Made by a program: the position numbers and the translations under genes. The notes beneath the pieces are model-generated. The model was not told where the DNA came from and did no database searches. It worked only from the letters and a program-made list of their open reading frames with translations. A stretch of 64,000 bases of DNA, taken from the sequence record OQ603353.1; one strand, 5' to 3'. Of the stretch, positions 44,016 to 52,277 are shown one piece after another. Every line of letters begins with the position of its first letter. Position 1 is the stretch's first letter.

Positions 44016-44333
44016 CTACTTGGAGTGTAAGACTTCGACGTGTGACCCGCCCGGAATCAGGAATCGCTTGATCCTGTAGTCCACGGCAGGGAGGGTGTAC
44101 TCTACGGCGCGAATGGCGCCGGTGTGAATCATCGCATCAATGAAGTTACAGATTCCATGTGTGCTAAAGCGTACCGTAACGCCCGCAGTGTGCAAGCGTG
44201 ACATTAGCTCTGGAATGAGTTCCATCGCCTTGCATCCTTGCTTGATCGAAACAATCTCGACAATCATCCTCCGAAGAACCTGTGCAGACTCTTCATCAAT
44301 GGCGGACGCATCATCGCACTGCTGAATGGACAT
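44016..44333 (-). CDS. Hypothetical winged-helix-like protein
   Basis: Start moved below the terminator; helix pattern followed by IHTGAIRAVEY. Confidence 0.55.
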   Translation of the reverse strand: MSIQQCDDASAIDEESAQVLRRMIVEIVSIKQGCKAMELIPELMSRLHTAGVTVRFSTHGICNFIDAMIHTGAIRAVEYTLPAVDYRIKRFLIPGGSHVEVLHSK

Positions 44334-44343
44334 GGCTAGTACC

Positions 44344-44368
44344 GAGAAAGGTGCCCCGAAGGGCACCT
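44344..44368 (-). terminator. Intrinsic terminator
   Basis: AGGUGCCC-UUCG-GGGCACCU then UUCUC. Confidence 0.75.
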
Positions 44369-44373
44369 GTAGG

Positions 44374-44682
44374 TTAGAGGTCGTTCAACTGGTCACGCAT
44401 ATCGTTGTCAGCGCTGACGCGAGAAAGTCCACGCCCGGTCCAACTATTGCCGTAGCTGGATTTGTACGCACGATGCAGACGGCACGAATGGCACTTGCAA
44501 TGCGGCTTCGTGGTATTGATCCTACGCCGAGCATTGTTGACAGCCCACTCCTTCTGATTGAAGTAGGACTCCACGTAGTTGGACCGAGAGGGATCACCCA
44601 TCTTTTCAGTGCGAAGGGTGTTCTGCTTCAAACGCTTTGCAAAGATGCGTTCACGGTGGTGACGACGAATTGCACGGTTCAT
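44374..44682 (-). CDS. Basic Cys-containing phage hypothetical protein
   Basis: MNRAIRRHHRER...TTKPHCKCHSC. Confidence 0.6.
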   Translation of the reverse strand: MNRAIRRHHRERIFAKRLKQNTLRTEKMGDPSRSNYVESYFNQKEWAVNNARRRINTTKPHCKCHSCRLHRAYKSSYGNSWTGRGLSRVSADNDMRDQLNDL

Positions 44683-44766
44683 TGCTGGTCTCCATAAGGC
44701 CCCCTGCCCACGGCGGACAGGGGCTGCCTATGACGGAAATCAGCGATTCGCTCTTGACGTTCATGC

Positions 44767-45024
44767 TCACCTCAGCTGGGAGTCTTTCGATCCGCGACGG
44801 TTGTAATACGTTTCGCCAGTAACGGCGTACTTGCTTTGACAGCATACACACCGAGTTGCGTTGGGCATCGCCTTACGGCGTGCGAGGGGAATGGGGTTGT
44901 CGCAATCCACACAATCCTCAGTGCCCGTTCCTTGTAGCATCAGGCGCGCTCGATCAATCGCGTTGTTAACCGTTGCGTCAATCGTATCCTGCACGCCATC
45001 TGCTGGTCCGAAACCTACTGCCAT
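44767..45024 (-). CDS. TraR/DksA C4-type zinc-finger protein (YbiI-like)
   Basis: GFGPADGVQDTID...CVDCDNPIPLARRKAMPNATRCVCCQ. Confidence 0.9.
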   Translation of the reverse strand: MAVGFGPADGVQDTIDATVNNAIDRARLMLQGTGTEDCVDCDNPIPLARRKAMPNATRCVCCQSKYAVTGETYYNRRGSKDSQLR

Positions 45025-45036
45025 CTTGTCACCTAC

Positions 45037-45228
45037 TTAGAAGCCGTGGTAGTCGTCACGCTTCACTGCGTTCTCGGGATGCTGTGCCGCAGTGGAGCTA
45101 AACCACGATACACCCTTCATCTTGTCCGGGCCCATCGTGGTCATTTGCTGCTCAAACGCCGCCGCCAGATTGGCAGTCAGCGTAGGCCGAAGTTGATTGA
45201 ATTGCTCAGTCGTCATTGGTTCCCTCAA
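45037..45228 (-). CDS. Small hypothetical protein
   Basis: Co-oriented ORF. Confidence 0.45.
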   Translation of the reverse strand: MREPMTTEQFNQLRPTLTANLAAAFEQQMTTMGPDKMKGVSWFSSTAAQHPENAVKRDDYHGF

Positions 45229-45772
45229 TTACCTTGGAGAGTTTCGGCTTCACGTATTTCAGATCAGCCAGCTTCTTGATGGTCGCCAGATTGGCGTACT
45301 GCTTCAACATGCTGGAGATTGCTTCTGCATGCAGGCCCTTTTCCATCTTGCGGCGCTGTACCGGAGTCAGCAGGCCCTTGCGGAAGAGGGAGTCTGCATC
45401 CGAACCGGAGTAGTGACGCTGGAACTGCTCCACCCACTTGACTTCCAGCGCGAACCGAACAGTCTCTGCGTTGGTGGGCCATGCGCCTACCGTCAGCAGC
45501 GCCTCAGTCACTTCCGGCGTGAGGTACCGAGCATTGGAGGTGTGCTTGCGAGGAGACAGCAGGAGGATGTTCTCGTTCCTGCCAATGTTCCTTCGGTGGT
45601 GGTCAAACTGACTGCTGTAGACAGTGCCCCGAGTACCCACTGCGAACAGACCGCCAGACAGGTTGTAGACGCGAGGACGATCAGGGTGCAGCACCACTGA
45701 GTCCGAAGGGAACGCGCGCATCTGAACGTCAGGCAGGTTGAGTTGCGGGGCAGTAATGATGAGAGCAGTCAT
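45206..45772 (-). CDS. Hypothetical protein
   Basis: 188 aa with RBS. Confidence 0.65.
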   Translation of the reverse strand: MTALIITAPQLNLPDVQMRAFPSDSVVLHPDRPRVYNLSGGLFAVGTRGTVYSSQFDHHRRNIGRNENILLLSPRKHTSNARYLTPEVTEALLTVGAWPTNAETVRFALEVKWVEQFQRHYSGSDADSLFRKGLLTPVQRRKMEKGLHAEAISSMLKQYANLATIKKLADLKYVKPKLSKVIEGTNDD

Positions 45773-45784
45773 GCTAGGACTTCC

Positions 45785-46468
45785 TTATGCGTTGATGGCT
45801 ATGTAAGCCGAGGTTGGGTTGCACGGTTGCAGGTCGTACCCATTGACGTAGTAGGTACGGGTCCAGAAAGTACGGTCAAGCTGAGGGACAGCAATCCAGC
45901 AGTCAACATCAACTACCGGCTTGGAGAAAGCAACCTCAAACCGTTCACGCTTGATGGTCAAGGTTGGTTGGAGCGGTACGCCCGAAGAGCGAGCGTATAC
46001 AGCGAGGTCACGATTGTGTTGAGCCACCAACCGTGAGTACCTGGTACTTGTGAAACGTTGTGCGTGTCCGGGCCCACCGTTGTAGCACACAAGTGCTCTC
46101 TGGCTGTGACCGAAGGTATCGACACACTCACGTAGATAAAGAGCAGCTACTCGCAACCCCAATTCAGTGTCGTTGCGTAGACGGGCTGGCGTTATCGTCC
46201 CGAGTTCTGGATGCCGCGTAGCGACATACTTTGCCGTAGCAAGGTTTACGTGCCCGACGCCGAAGTGCTTGCCTCCTGCGTCTGTCGTTATCCTGCCCAG
46301 CGAGGACTCTCGGAAGACGAGTCCGGGCAGCATGTCCGAAACTCCATACTCCGCGCCAATCTGTGCAGACAGGTGCAGTACGGTTTGCTGTTTCGGGGTA
46401 AGCTTTAGTGCCATCGCCTCTGACGCGAACGGCACAAACATAAGAAGCATAGCGAGAATGAAGCGCAT
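45785..46468 (-). CDS. Secreted lytic transglycosylase (SLT-like)
   Basis: Signal peptide MRFILAMLLMFVPFASEA; VFRESS catalytic Glu; ALYLREC...ALVCYNGG. Confidence 0.8.
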   Translation of the reverse strand: MRFILAMLLMFVPFASEAMALKLTPKQQTVLHLSAQIGAEYGVSDMLPGLVFRESSLGRITTDAGGKHFGVGHVNLATAKYVATRHPELGTITPARLRNDTELGLRVAALYLRECVDTFGHSQRALVCYNGGPGHAQRFTSTRYSRLVAQHNRDLAVYARSSGVPLQPTLTIKRERFEVAFSKPVVDVDCWIAVPQLDRTFWTRTYYVNGYDLQPCNPTSAYIAINA

Positions 46469-46571
46469 GTTAACCTCATGGGTGCGGTGGCCCTGACTGT
46501 CCTTTATGTCCGGGTCACATTGTCTACTCAAGCTCCGCCGGTGTACGGCTGTAGAGGATTAATGGGAAGGG

Positions 46572-46904
46572 TTAGAAGATGGTTACAGCAAGAACGGCCC
46601 ACATGACTTTACACAACACATGCAAACCTTGATCCACGTTGATTCCGATTAAGCGTTCGCTCTTGAGAAAATCAATTGCGAAGTGACACGCAGTTTCCAG
46701 TACACCCAGCAGTGCGGAGCCTGTTATGAGAGCAACCGCACCACCATGAATCATGGCGTGTGCAGTCAGCGCATGCCACCAAGGCACGTGCTTGTCTCCA
46801 GTACGTCTACACTTGTTTGCTGCGATGAATGGTCCCTGTAATGGATAGTCGGCCAAGGCATGACCAACTATCAGGAAGAACAGAATGGATAGGAACTCGG
46901 TCAA
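46572..46904 (-). CDS. DUF3307-family membrane protein
   Basis: GHALADYPLQ...HAMIHG...HFAIDFLK...DQGLH. Confidence 0.85.
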   Translation of the reverse strand: MTEFLSILFFLIVGHALADYPLQGPFIAANKCRRTGDKHVPWWHALTAHAMIHGGAVALITGSALLGVLETACHFAIDFLKSERLIGINVDQGLHVLCKVMWAVLAVTIF

Positions 46905-47326
46905 TCGTTGTCCTCGATTTCTTCGTCTTCATCGTCCGGATGAAGCTCCGAGAAGGTTCCGTCGGCGTTCTTGACTTGGGTAGGCAACGCGGTAAGCAAC
47001 TTACCTTCGTACCAATCGCCAATGCCCCGCCAGAAGCTGCCACCCTGACCAGTGTAGCTAGTTCCCGAATTCTTGCGGTAGCCCATGAACTCCAACACGT
47101 AGCTAAAGAAAGCACACAGCAGCGGCCACCAATAGGTAAGGTAGAACTCACCCATCTTGGCTTCGGGCTTCTGCACCTTGTAGACCTTCATCTGCCAGCG
47201 CAAATGGGAGAAGGCGTTGGCCACTCCGATCACAAGAAGCTCAAACAGGAACAACAAAAGCAGGATGCCAAGTAGGCTCCATACCAACACACCTGTTCCG
47301 AAGAACAACGTTTTCATATAGCTCAC
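46901..47326 (-). CDS. Membrane hypothetical protein
   Basis: Long hydrophobic N-terminal segment. Confidence 0.6.
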   Translation of the reverse strand: MSYMKTLFFGTGVLVWSLLGILLLLFLFELLVIGVANAFSHLRWQMKVYKVQKPEAKMGEFYLTYWWPLLCAFFSYVLEFMGYRKNSGTSYTGQGGSFWRGIGDWYEGKLLTALPTQVKNADGTFSELHPDDEDEEIEDND

Positions 47327-47865
47327 TCAACAACCTCCTGATTGGCTGGGTCCGGCGTCATGTCGTACCATTCATGCCCCTCGTAGAACGGAGCCACTCC
47401 GACCACACCGCCAACATCATCATGCAGGGAGGGTGCCACAGTATCTCCGAATTCCTTGGAAGCAACGTACCGCCATTTGCGCGGGAGGCCGGTATCGTGT
47501 TTGCCGGTAGGGTAGCAAAGCGAACGGCCTTGGTAAAAGAAGAAGCATTGATCGCCAATGCGAACACCGAGCTCGGCATTGTCGTTTACTACCCACTTGA
47601 CTTCGCTGGCGAGGATTGCTTCGCGCGAAGACGGTCCAGCTGCCGAACGCATCATGCTGAGATACGATCGGAAGTCTACGATGTTGGTAACACTCACGCG
47701 CATCACTGAGCCATTAGGCCAGCCCACTAGGGCCTGCGGTGAGAATAGGACCACCTCCACGTAGTCATCGGTCACCGTCCATCCCGTAATGAAGATGGGA
47801 TTAGGCGAACCATTCACTTCCTTGTTGTATGTCCTGATAGCTGCTTCAACTTCCGTTGCTTCCAT
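47323..47865 (-). CDS. Hypothetical protein
   Basis: WVVNDNAELGVRIGDQCFFFYQG motif. Confidence 0.65.
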   Translation of the reverse strand: MEATEVEAAIRTYNKEVNGSPNPIFITGWTVTDDYVEVVLFSPQALVGWPNGSVMRVSVTNIVDFRSYLSMMRSAAGPSSREAILASEVKWVVNDNAELGVRIGDQCFFFYQGRSLCYPTGKHDTGLPRKWRYVASKEFGDTVAPSLHDDVGGVVGVAPFYEGHEWYDMTPDPANQEVVE

Positions 47866-47873
47866 ATCGCACC

Positions 47874-48146
47874 TTACAAAGTCCCTAGTTCTTTCCGACG
47901 CCGCAGTGCCCTACGTAGGTCTGCAACGTTTCCGTATTCTGCCGAATCTTCAATCATGCCGCTGACTTCGCGCAGCAGCGTGTAACGCTGTGCAATCACG
48001 TCTGAGCGCACAAACCATCCGTTACTCAGAGTGAGCATGTTGTTCGTAACCGGGATGGCCGCTGCGTCCACGCCAAGGGTAGTGGCGAGCTTGCTGCGTA
48101 CAATCTCAAGATCGGCCTCAAAGGTCTTGTTCGTGTTTGCTGCCAT
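47874..48146 (-). CDS. Hypothetical protein
   Basis: GGAGG RBS before ATG 48146. Confidence 0.6.
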   Translation of the reverse strand: MAANTNKTFEADLEIVRSKLATTLGVDAAAIPVTNNMLTLSNGWFVRSDVIAQRYTLLREVSGMIEDSAEYGNVADLRRALRRRKELGTL

Positions 48147-48159
48147 TTGATCCTCCAAG

Positions 48160-48187
48160 AAAAACTGAAAGGGCCCTCCGTGGCCCT
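48160..48187 (-). terminator. Intrinsic terminator with a CsrA-consensus loop
   Basis: AGGGCC-ACGGAG-GGCCCU then UUCAGUUUUU. Confidence 0.7.
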
Positions 48188-48196
48188 ATCGGTGTA

Positions 48197-48433
48197 TCAG
48201 GTTGCTTCGCTTTCCGCACCCGAAGTGACTTCGGTTGGGCTAGTTGACTTGGCAAACGGCACGCCGCGCTGGATGCGTTCGTGGACTTCCTGACGATTGA
48301 CCGGGGTTTCCTTCGGTGCGTCAATACCGATTTTCACTTGATTGCCCTTGACACCAAGGATACGCACCGTAGACATATTCGAGCCGGTGCCAATCATGAC
48401 TGCTTCACCAATGCGGCGAGTAAGAAGCAACAT
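48197..48433 (-). CDS. csrA: Carbon storage regulator CsrA/RsmA
   Basis: [15 protein letters not shown]...[33 protein letters not shown]. Confidence 0.95.
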   Translation of the reverse strand: MLLLTRRIGEAVMIGTGSNMSTVRILGVKGNQVKIGIDAPKETPVNRQEVHERIQRGVPFAKSTSPTEVTSGAESEAT

Positions 48434-48524
48434 TTTTTGTTTCTCCGTGAAAGTAGTGGGCGACTTTCTTGGTCAGCCCTAGTGAATTGAAAAACGAATG
48501 AGACGTTCCGTGTTAGACCTAACC

Positions 48525-48630
48525 ACGCATTCGATTGCTGTGCCCCTAGGTGGTGCTGCGCATAGGGCGCAGCTTGTCAGAGCGCATATCCAACAAGCTG
48601 CGAGCGTCAGAGGGCTCCAATCGGATGCGT
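48525..48630 (-). ncRNA. Candidate structured RNA (four-way junction) in the csrA upstream region
   Basis: Four contiguous helices with 0/0/0/4-nt linkers, found by manual pairing; see findings. No family recognised. Confidence 0.55.
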
Positions 48631-48691
48631 GTAGATCGTTAATCCTTACGTGTTTGAGTGGTTGCTTGCGCGTGATTCAATCAAGGTGCTG

Positions 48692-49051
48692 CTATACCTT
48701 ATTTACAGTATCCGAGCTACCCATTTGAGCGAAAGCGGAACGCCAACTATCCATGCGTGCCTGCTTTTCTGGATCAAGGGGCAGGCTGTGATAGAAGGGG
48801 TCATGGTCCTTGACCGTCCTCCCCGTGATGGTCAGCATGGTCACGTCGTTCGACCGCACCGCACAAGAGCGCAGGCAACCGGGACATATGTGAACGTACT
48901 CCTGCCCGTGAGGCACATACAGCATCATCGGCGGTTCATGCTCAGGATGCTGGCACGGCTTCCACGCTTCCTGCACGGGGCGCATGTGGGATTGGATTTT
49001 CTCTTCCAGTTCAGAGAAGTCCGTCTTGATGGTAAGCTGTTGCTTGTTCAT
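48692..49051 (-). CDS. Hypothetical protein with CxH/CxxC cluster
   Basis: PCQHPEHEPPM...HICPGC; ATGA overlap start. Confidence 0.6.
   Translation of the reverse strand: MNKQQLTIKTDFSELEEKIQSHMRPVQEAWKPCQHPEHEPPMMLYVPHGQEYVHICPGCLRSCAVRSNDVTMLTITGRTVKDHDPFYHSLPLDPEKQARMDSWRSAFAQMGSSDTVNKV
48700..48708 (-). promoter_or_regulatory. CTGTAAATA phage promoter-like motif
   Basis: Heads the 260-nt non-coding region and csrA. Confidence 0.6.
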
Positions 49052-49254
49052 TGCTCGATCATCCCAAGTTCTTGGGCCCGAAGAAGAGCCACGTGTTTCG
49101 TGTTGGCTTCCCACAGGATCGAATCGGTCCGATGCTTGGCCACGTCGGGGTCATGGTTGAACTCGTTCATCAACGCCTGACCATAGCGCTGATGCTGCGG
49201 CTTGGTGCCGAAGAACTTCTTGTCGAAAGCGACCAGTGCGTTTGCGGAAATCAC
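49048..49254 (-). CDS. Small hypothetical protein
   Basis: RYGQALMN motif; GTGA overlap start. Confidence 0.55.
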   Translation of the reverse strand: MISANALVAFDKKFFGTKPQHQRYGQALMNEFNHDPDVAKHRTDSILWEANTKHVALLRAQELGMIEQ

Positions 49255-49613
49255 TTTGCCTCCATAGCATCGGCGAGGGTCAGGGTTGCGACATAGGGGA
49301 CCGCAACCGTGGACATTGCGATGAACTCCCAATCACCCATCGGATCAGGCGGTACGAAATGCGCGTCCTTGACCTGAACTCCCTTGCTTTCCAGATAGCG
49401 GAGCACTTCGTTGCGCCAGTCTTCATTTGCCATCCACTCCCACCCACCTAGGTCCGTATTGCGACGGGGCAGGCGATAGAAGCGTACCACGCGATCCTGC
49501 TGTGCAGCTTCGGCAACCAGCGAGACGAAACGCTCGGCTGCCTCGAAGCCAGTCTCAGTGGGCACAGCACGGCCGATGATGGGAAGGGAGCGAAGGGTGG
49601 CGATCAGTTTCAT
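49251..49613 (-). CDS. Hypothetical protein
   Basis: AAGGAG RBS before ATG 49613. Confidence 0.6.
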   Translation of the reverse strand: MKLIATLRSLPIIGRAVPTETGFEAAERFVSLVAEAAQQDRVVRFYRLPRRNTDLGGWEWMANEDWRNEVLRYLESKGVQVKDAHFVPPDPMGDWEFIAMSTVAVPYVATLTLADAMEAK

Positions 49614-49818
49614 TCGGTTCTCCTTGATCGGGCGCATGACCCGACAATTCCTGAGTCAGTAGATTGGCCAGCGCGGCCATGTGTTGTTGAATGATGCTTT
49701 GCTGCTCACGTTTCTGCTCGGTGGGAGAAAGAGCGGACAACTCGATCCGCTTCTTCCAGAGCGCCGCGTTACACTCACGTGCAACTCGACCAACGTGTTC
49801 CCGCGTTTTCTTATTCAC
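49555..49818 (-). CDS. Hypothetical protein
   Basis: GTGA-coupled; tail overlaps the next gene. Confidence 0.45.
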   Translation of the reverse strand: MNKKTREHVGRVARECNAALWKKRIELSALSPTEQKREQQSIIQQHMAALANLLTQELSGHAPDQGEPNETDRHPSLPSHHRPCCAH

Positions 49819-50069
49819 TTTGCGCGTCTGCGCCTCCGTGCTAGCCGGGCATTCCTATAGTGCTGATAACCCGGAATCAAAACAAAGGGTATTGCGACAA
49901 TGAAGCCTCCCGCCAGAAGCAGCAGGAGGGCAACACCTAGGACCGTGATGTGGCCCTTCATGCCAGTGGCGATCCACATTCCTACCAACCCAATACCAAG
50001 GAAGGCGTACAACGTGACGAGGCTGTTAACCCCGCGTGCTTCATGCAACAACAGGAATCGCAGGAACAT
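49815..50069 (-). CDS. Small membrane protein
   Basis: Two hydrophobic segments and a basic tail. Confidence 0.55.
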   Translation of the reverse strand: MFLRFLLLHEARGVNSLVTLYAFLGIGLVGMWIATGMKGHITVLGVALLLLLAGGFIVAIPFVLIPGYQHYRNARLARRRRRAK

Positions 50070-50078
50070 AACCGCTCC

Positions 50079-50354
50079 TTACATTTGAATGGTGGCCTCG
50101 CCGTAGTGGCGACCACGCACCGGGAAATTACTGACGCCAGTGACGCCAATACTCTTGAGGACAACGCTGATGCGTCCCGCTTCTGCCGGGGTCAGCTTGG
50201 TAGCTGCCAGCAGCTTAGTCATTTCCGGCGACTGGAAATGGTGACTCAGGCCATACTTCGGATCGTCACGCAACGCGATGGCTGCACGTTGCAGACTGAG
50301 GGCGTTGGCTTTGTGCAGGGGATTGATACCCACCGCGTTGACGGTCTTGCTCAT
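50079..50354 (-). CDS. Hypothetical protein
   Basis: GGAG RBS before ATG 50354. Confidence 0.55.
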   Translation of the reverse strand: MSKTVNAVGINPLHKANALSLQRAAIALRDDPKYGLSHHFQSPEMTKLLAATKLTPAEAGRISVVLKSIGVTGVSNFPVRGRHYGEATIQM

Positions 50355-50371
50355 TCGTCGAACTACTCCGG

Positions 50372-50887
50372 TTAGTTGAGCGCGAGGTCGCGTTCTTTGG
50401 TCTTGTATGCGCACATGATTGCACGCGTGTTCATGTAGTCAGGATCGGACATCTGCTCACCAGTCGTCTGACCGTTCCACATAATGTCGAAGATGCAGCC
50501 GCAGAAGATGTTCGGCATCGTGCGAGCTTCTACCAGCACTTCCTCATCATCGAAGCCCATGCCTTCCGACGCCTTCAAGTCAGGGACGCACTGTGCAATG
50601 AAGTGCGCCCGACGTTCGTCTTTCGACGGTGCCACGAACTCGGGCAGCGGCTTGCGCGGCGTACCTTCTTGGATGGATTTCTCAATGTCCTCCATGAGGA
50701 CTTCGGAGGTCGTCTTCTCCGTGACCCCTTGCGGCGGCTTGGACTCGATGGTCGGAGGGGCGGAAGGGATGGCGCTGGCGGACGGAGGCTGCGGCCCGAA
50801 GAAGTACAGGGCAGCCAGCACGATGACAGCGATCAGGAGAGGGTAAACGAGCCAGCCCGGCGGCTGGAACTTGGACTTCTTTTCCAT
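50372..50887 (-). CDS. Membrane-anchored hypothetical protein
   Basis: N-terminal TM, Pro linker, C...FCGCIF...C domain. Confidence 0.65.
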   Translation of the reverse strand: MEKKSKFQPPGWLVYPLLIAVIVLAALYFFGPQPPSASAIPSAPPTIESKPPQGVTEKTTSEVLMEDIEKSIQEGTPRKPLPEFVAPSKDERRAHFIAQCVPDLKASEGMGFDDEEVLVEARTMPNIFCGCIFDIMWNGQTTGEQMSDPDYMNTRAIMCAYKTKERDLALN

Positions 50888-50927
50888 GACAGATTCCTTT
50901 TGGTTGGCGACCTATGAAATTAGGTCA

Positions 50928-51413
50928 TTACGTGATTTCGAGGCCAAGGCAAGCGAAGGTCAACTCACCGATGAATTTACCGCCTGCACACTCCAGTCGG
51001 ACGAAAGAGCCTAGCGGCACCATCTTGGACCGAGCGTATGCCTTCTGTTCAGCGAGATACAGGACACCAACGACACCGTTCTTGTAGTCCGAACGGGCGG
51101 AGGAAGACAGGTCGGAAATGTAGAACGTGGTGCTGCCGTCCTTGTTATCGGTGACGCGATCCAGCACGCCTGCGATCAACAGCTGCTGGTTCTCGAATTC
51201 GCCGAGGCGGTGGGGTTCATACACCCGAGCTTGGTAGATGCCAAGAGGCAGGGTTTCCTTGAACCCCTTGGCATTCCACTCGGCCCTGCTGATGATGGTG
51301 TTGACCTCGTTGTCATTGGAAGCGGCTTGGCCGTTCCCCGAACACGCCGCGAACAGTGCGGTCAGGGTGGCGATGACGATGGCACGGAACGAAGCGCTCA
51401 GATACTTGTGCAT
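50928..51413 (-). CDS. Lipoprotein, possible OB-fold (tRNA_anti-like)
   Basis: Lipobox FAAC; QLLIAGVLDRV...VRLECAG pattern. Confidence 0.6.
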   Translation of the reverse strand: MHKYLSASFRAIVIATLTALFAACSGNGQAASNDNEVNTIISRAEWNAKGFKETLPLGIYQARVYEPHRLGEFENQQLLIAGVLDRVTDNKDGSTTFYISDLSSSARSDYKNGVVGVLYLAEQKAYARSKMVPLGSFVRLECAGGKFIGELTFACLGLEIT

Positions 51414-51436
51414 GGTGAACTTCCTTGACGGTTGAG

Positions 51437-51838
51437 TTAGTGCTTGCAGGAACAGGAGTTGTTGTGCCGGTGCACGTGCCACGCACGCATGTTGACGATG
51501 TGCGCAATGATGAGTGCTACACCGAACACCACCATTGGGATCGCGTGTAGCCATTCGGATTGGTCAAACCAGTCGTGCCAGATGATTGAGGCACTCATGG
51601 CAACCGCAGCGAGGAACATCCACTTCCACGAATGCGGATCACGATGACGCCATGTGCCAATCGCCAGCGTGGCAGCAGCGAACGCAAACGTACCGAGCAG
51701 CAGGTAGGTGTGGATGATTTCTTCGCCTTGGACGAATCCAAAGAAGGAGACGCCGAAGAACGCGAGGACAGGAACAGCGGCGCAGTGCACAGCGCACAGA
51801 GCCGATGCAGAGATACCGAGGCGGTCGAGAATCTTCAT
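51437..51838 (-). CDS. MerC-domain membrane protein
   Basis: LDRLGISASALCAVHC, four TM segments, AHIVN, His/Cys-rich tail. Confidence 0.85.
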   Translation of the reverse strand: MKILDRLGISASALCAVHCAAVPVLAFFGVSFFGFVQGEEIIHTYLLLGTFAFAAATLAIGTWRHRDPHSWKWMFLAAVAMSASIIWHDWFDQSEWLHAIPMVVFGVALIIAHIVNMRAWHVHRHNNSCSCKH

Positions 51839-51839
51839 G

Positions 51840-52235
51840 TTAGGCCCTCAGAGCGAAGTTATCGTCATGAGCGCAGTCACCGATTTCTTCCTCGTAGAAG
51901 CGAAGGCCCTTGGCAGTCAGCTTGTAGTACACGTCGGTACCACGGCGAGTCTCGATCAGCACCGAACGGAACAGGCCCTGACGAAGTGCCCACGCCATCG
52001 TGTCGGTGTTGATCGCGTCGCCAACATTGAGGATACGTGTGGGCCGACCATCTTCCAGCATGCCGATGCGGTAGCTGTAGATCGGACGTTCAATGGGCCA
52101 GCCGCCCTTGGTGTGACCAATCACCTCGTTGCGTTCCAGCTGCGGGAACAGGATGCGTTGCGCAGTGTTGACCATGATGGAAGACAGCACAGCGGTGATG
52201 GCGGCGGTGGATTCTGCGGCAGTGCGACGATTCAT
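51840..52235 (-). CDS. Hypothetical protein, possible winged helix
   Basis: ALRQGLF...YYKLTAKGLRFY. Confidence 0.55.
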   Translation of the reverse strand: MNRRTAAESTAAITAVLSSIMVNTAQRILFPQLERNEVIGHTKGGWPIERPIYSYRIGMLEDGRPTRILNVGDAINTDTMAWALRQGLFRSVLIETRRGTDVYYKLTAKGLRFYEEEIGDCAHDDNFALRA

Positions 52236-52277
52236 TTCCAGCTTCCTTGGTTGAAGATATTGAGATACAGGCGCTAC

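Noticed and set aside
48525-48630. Hammerhead, tRNA or SAM riboswitch identity for the four-way junction
   Set aside because: CUGAC is not followed by GA and there is no GAAA core; no T-loop or CCA; no SAM-I consensus.
48434-48700. csrA upstream region as a CsrB/RsmY-like sponge based on GGA count
   Set aside because: About five GGA in 270 nt is near chance expectation, and those inside the four-way junction are in stems. Only the CACGGA sites are retained as meaningful.
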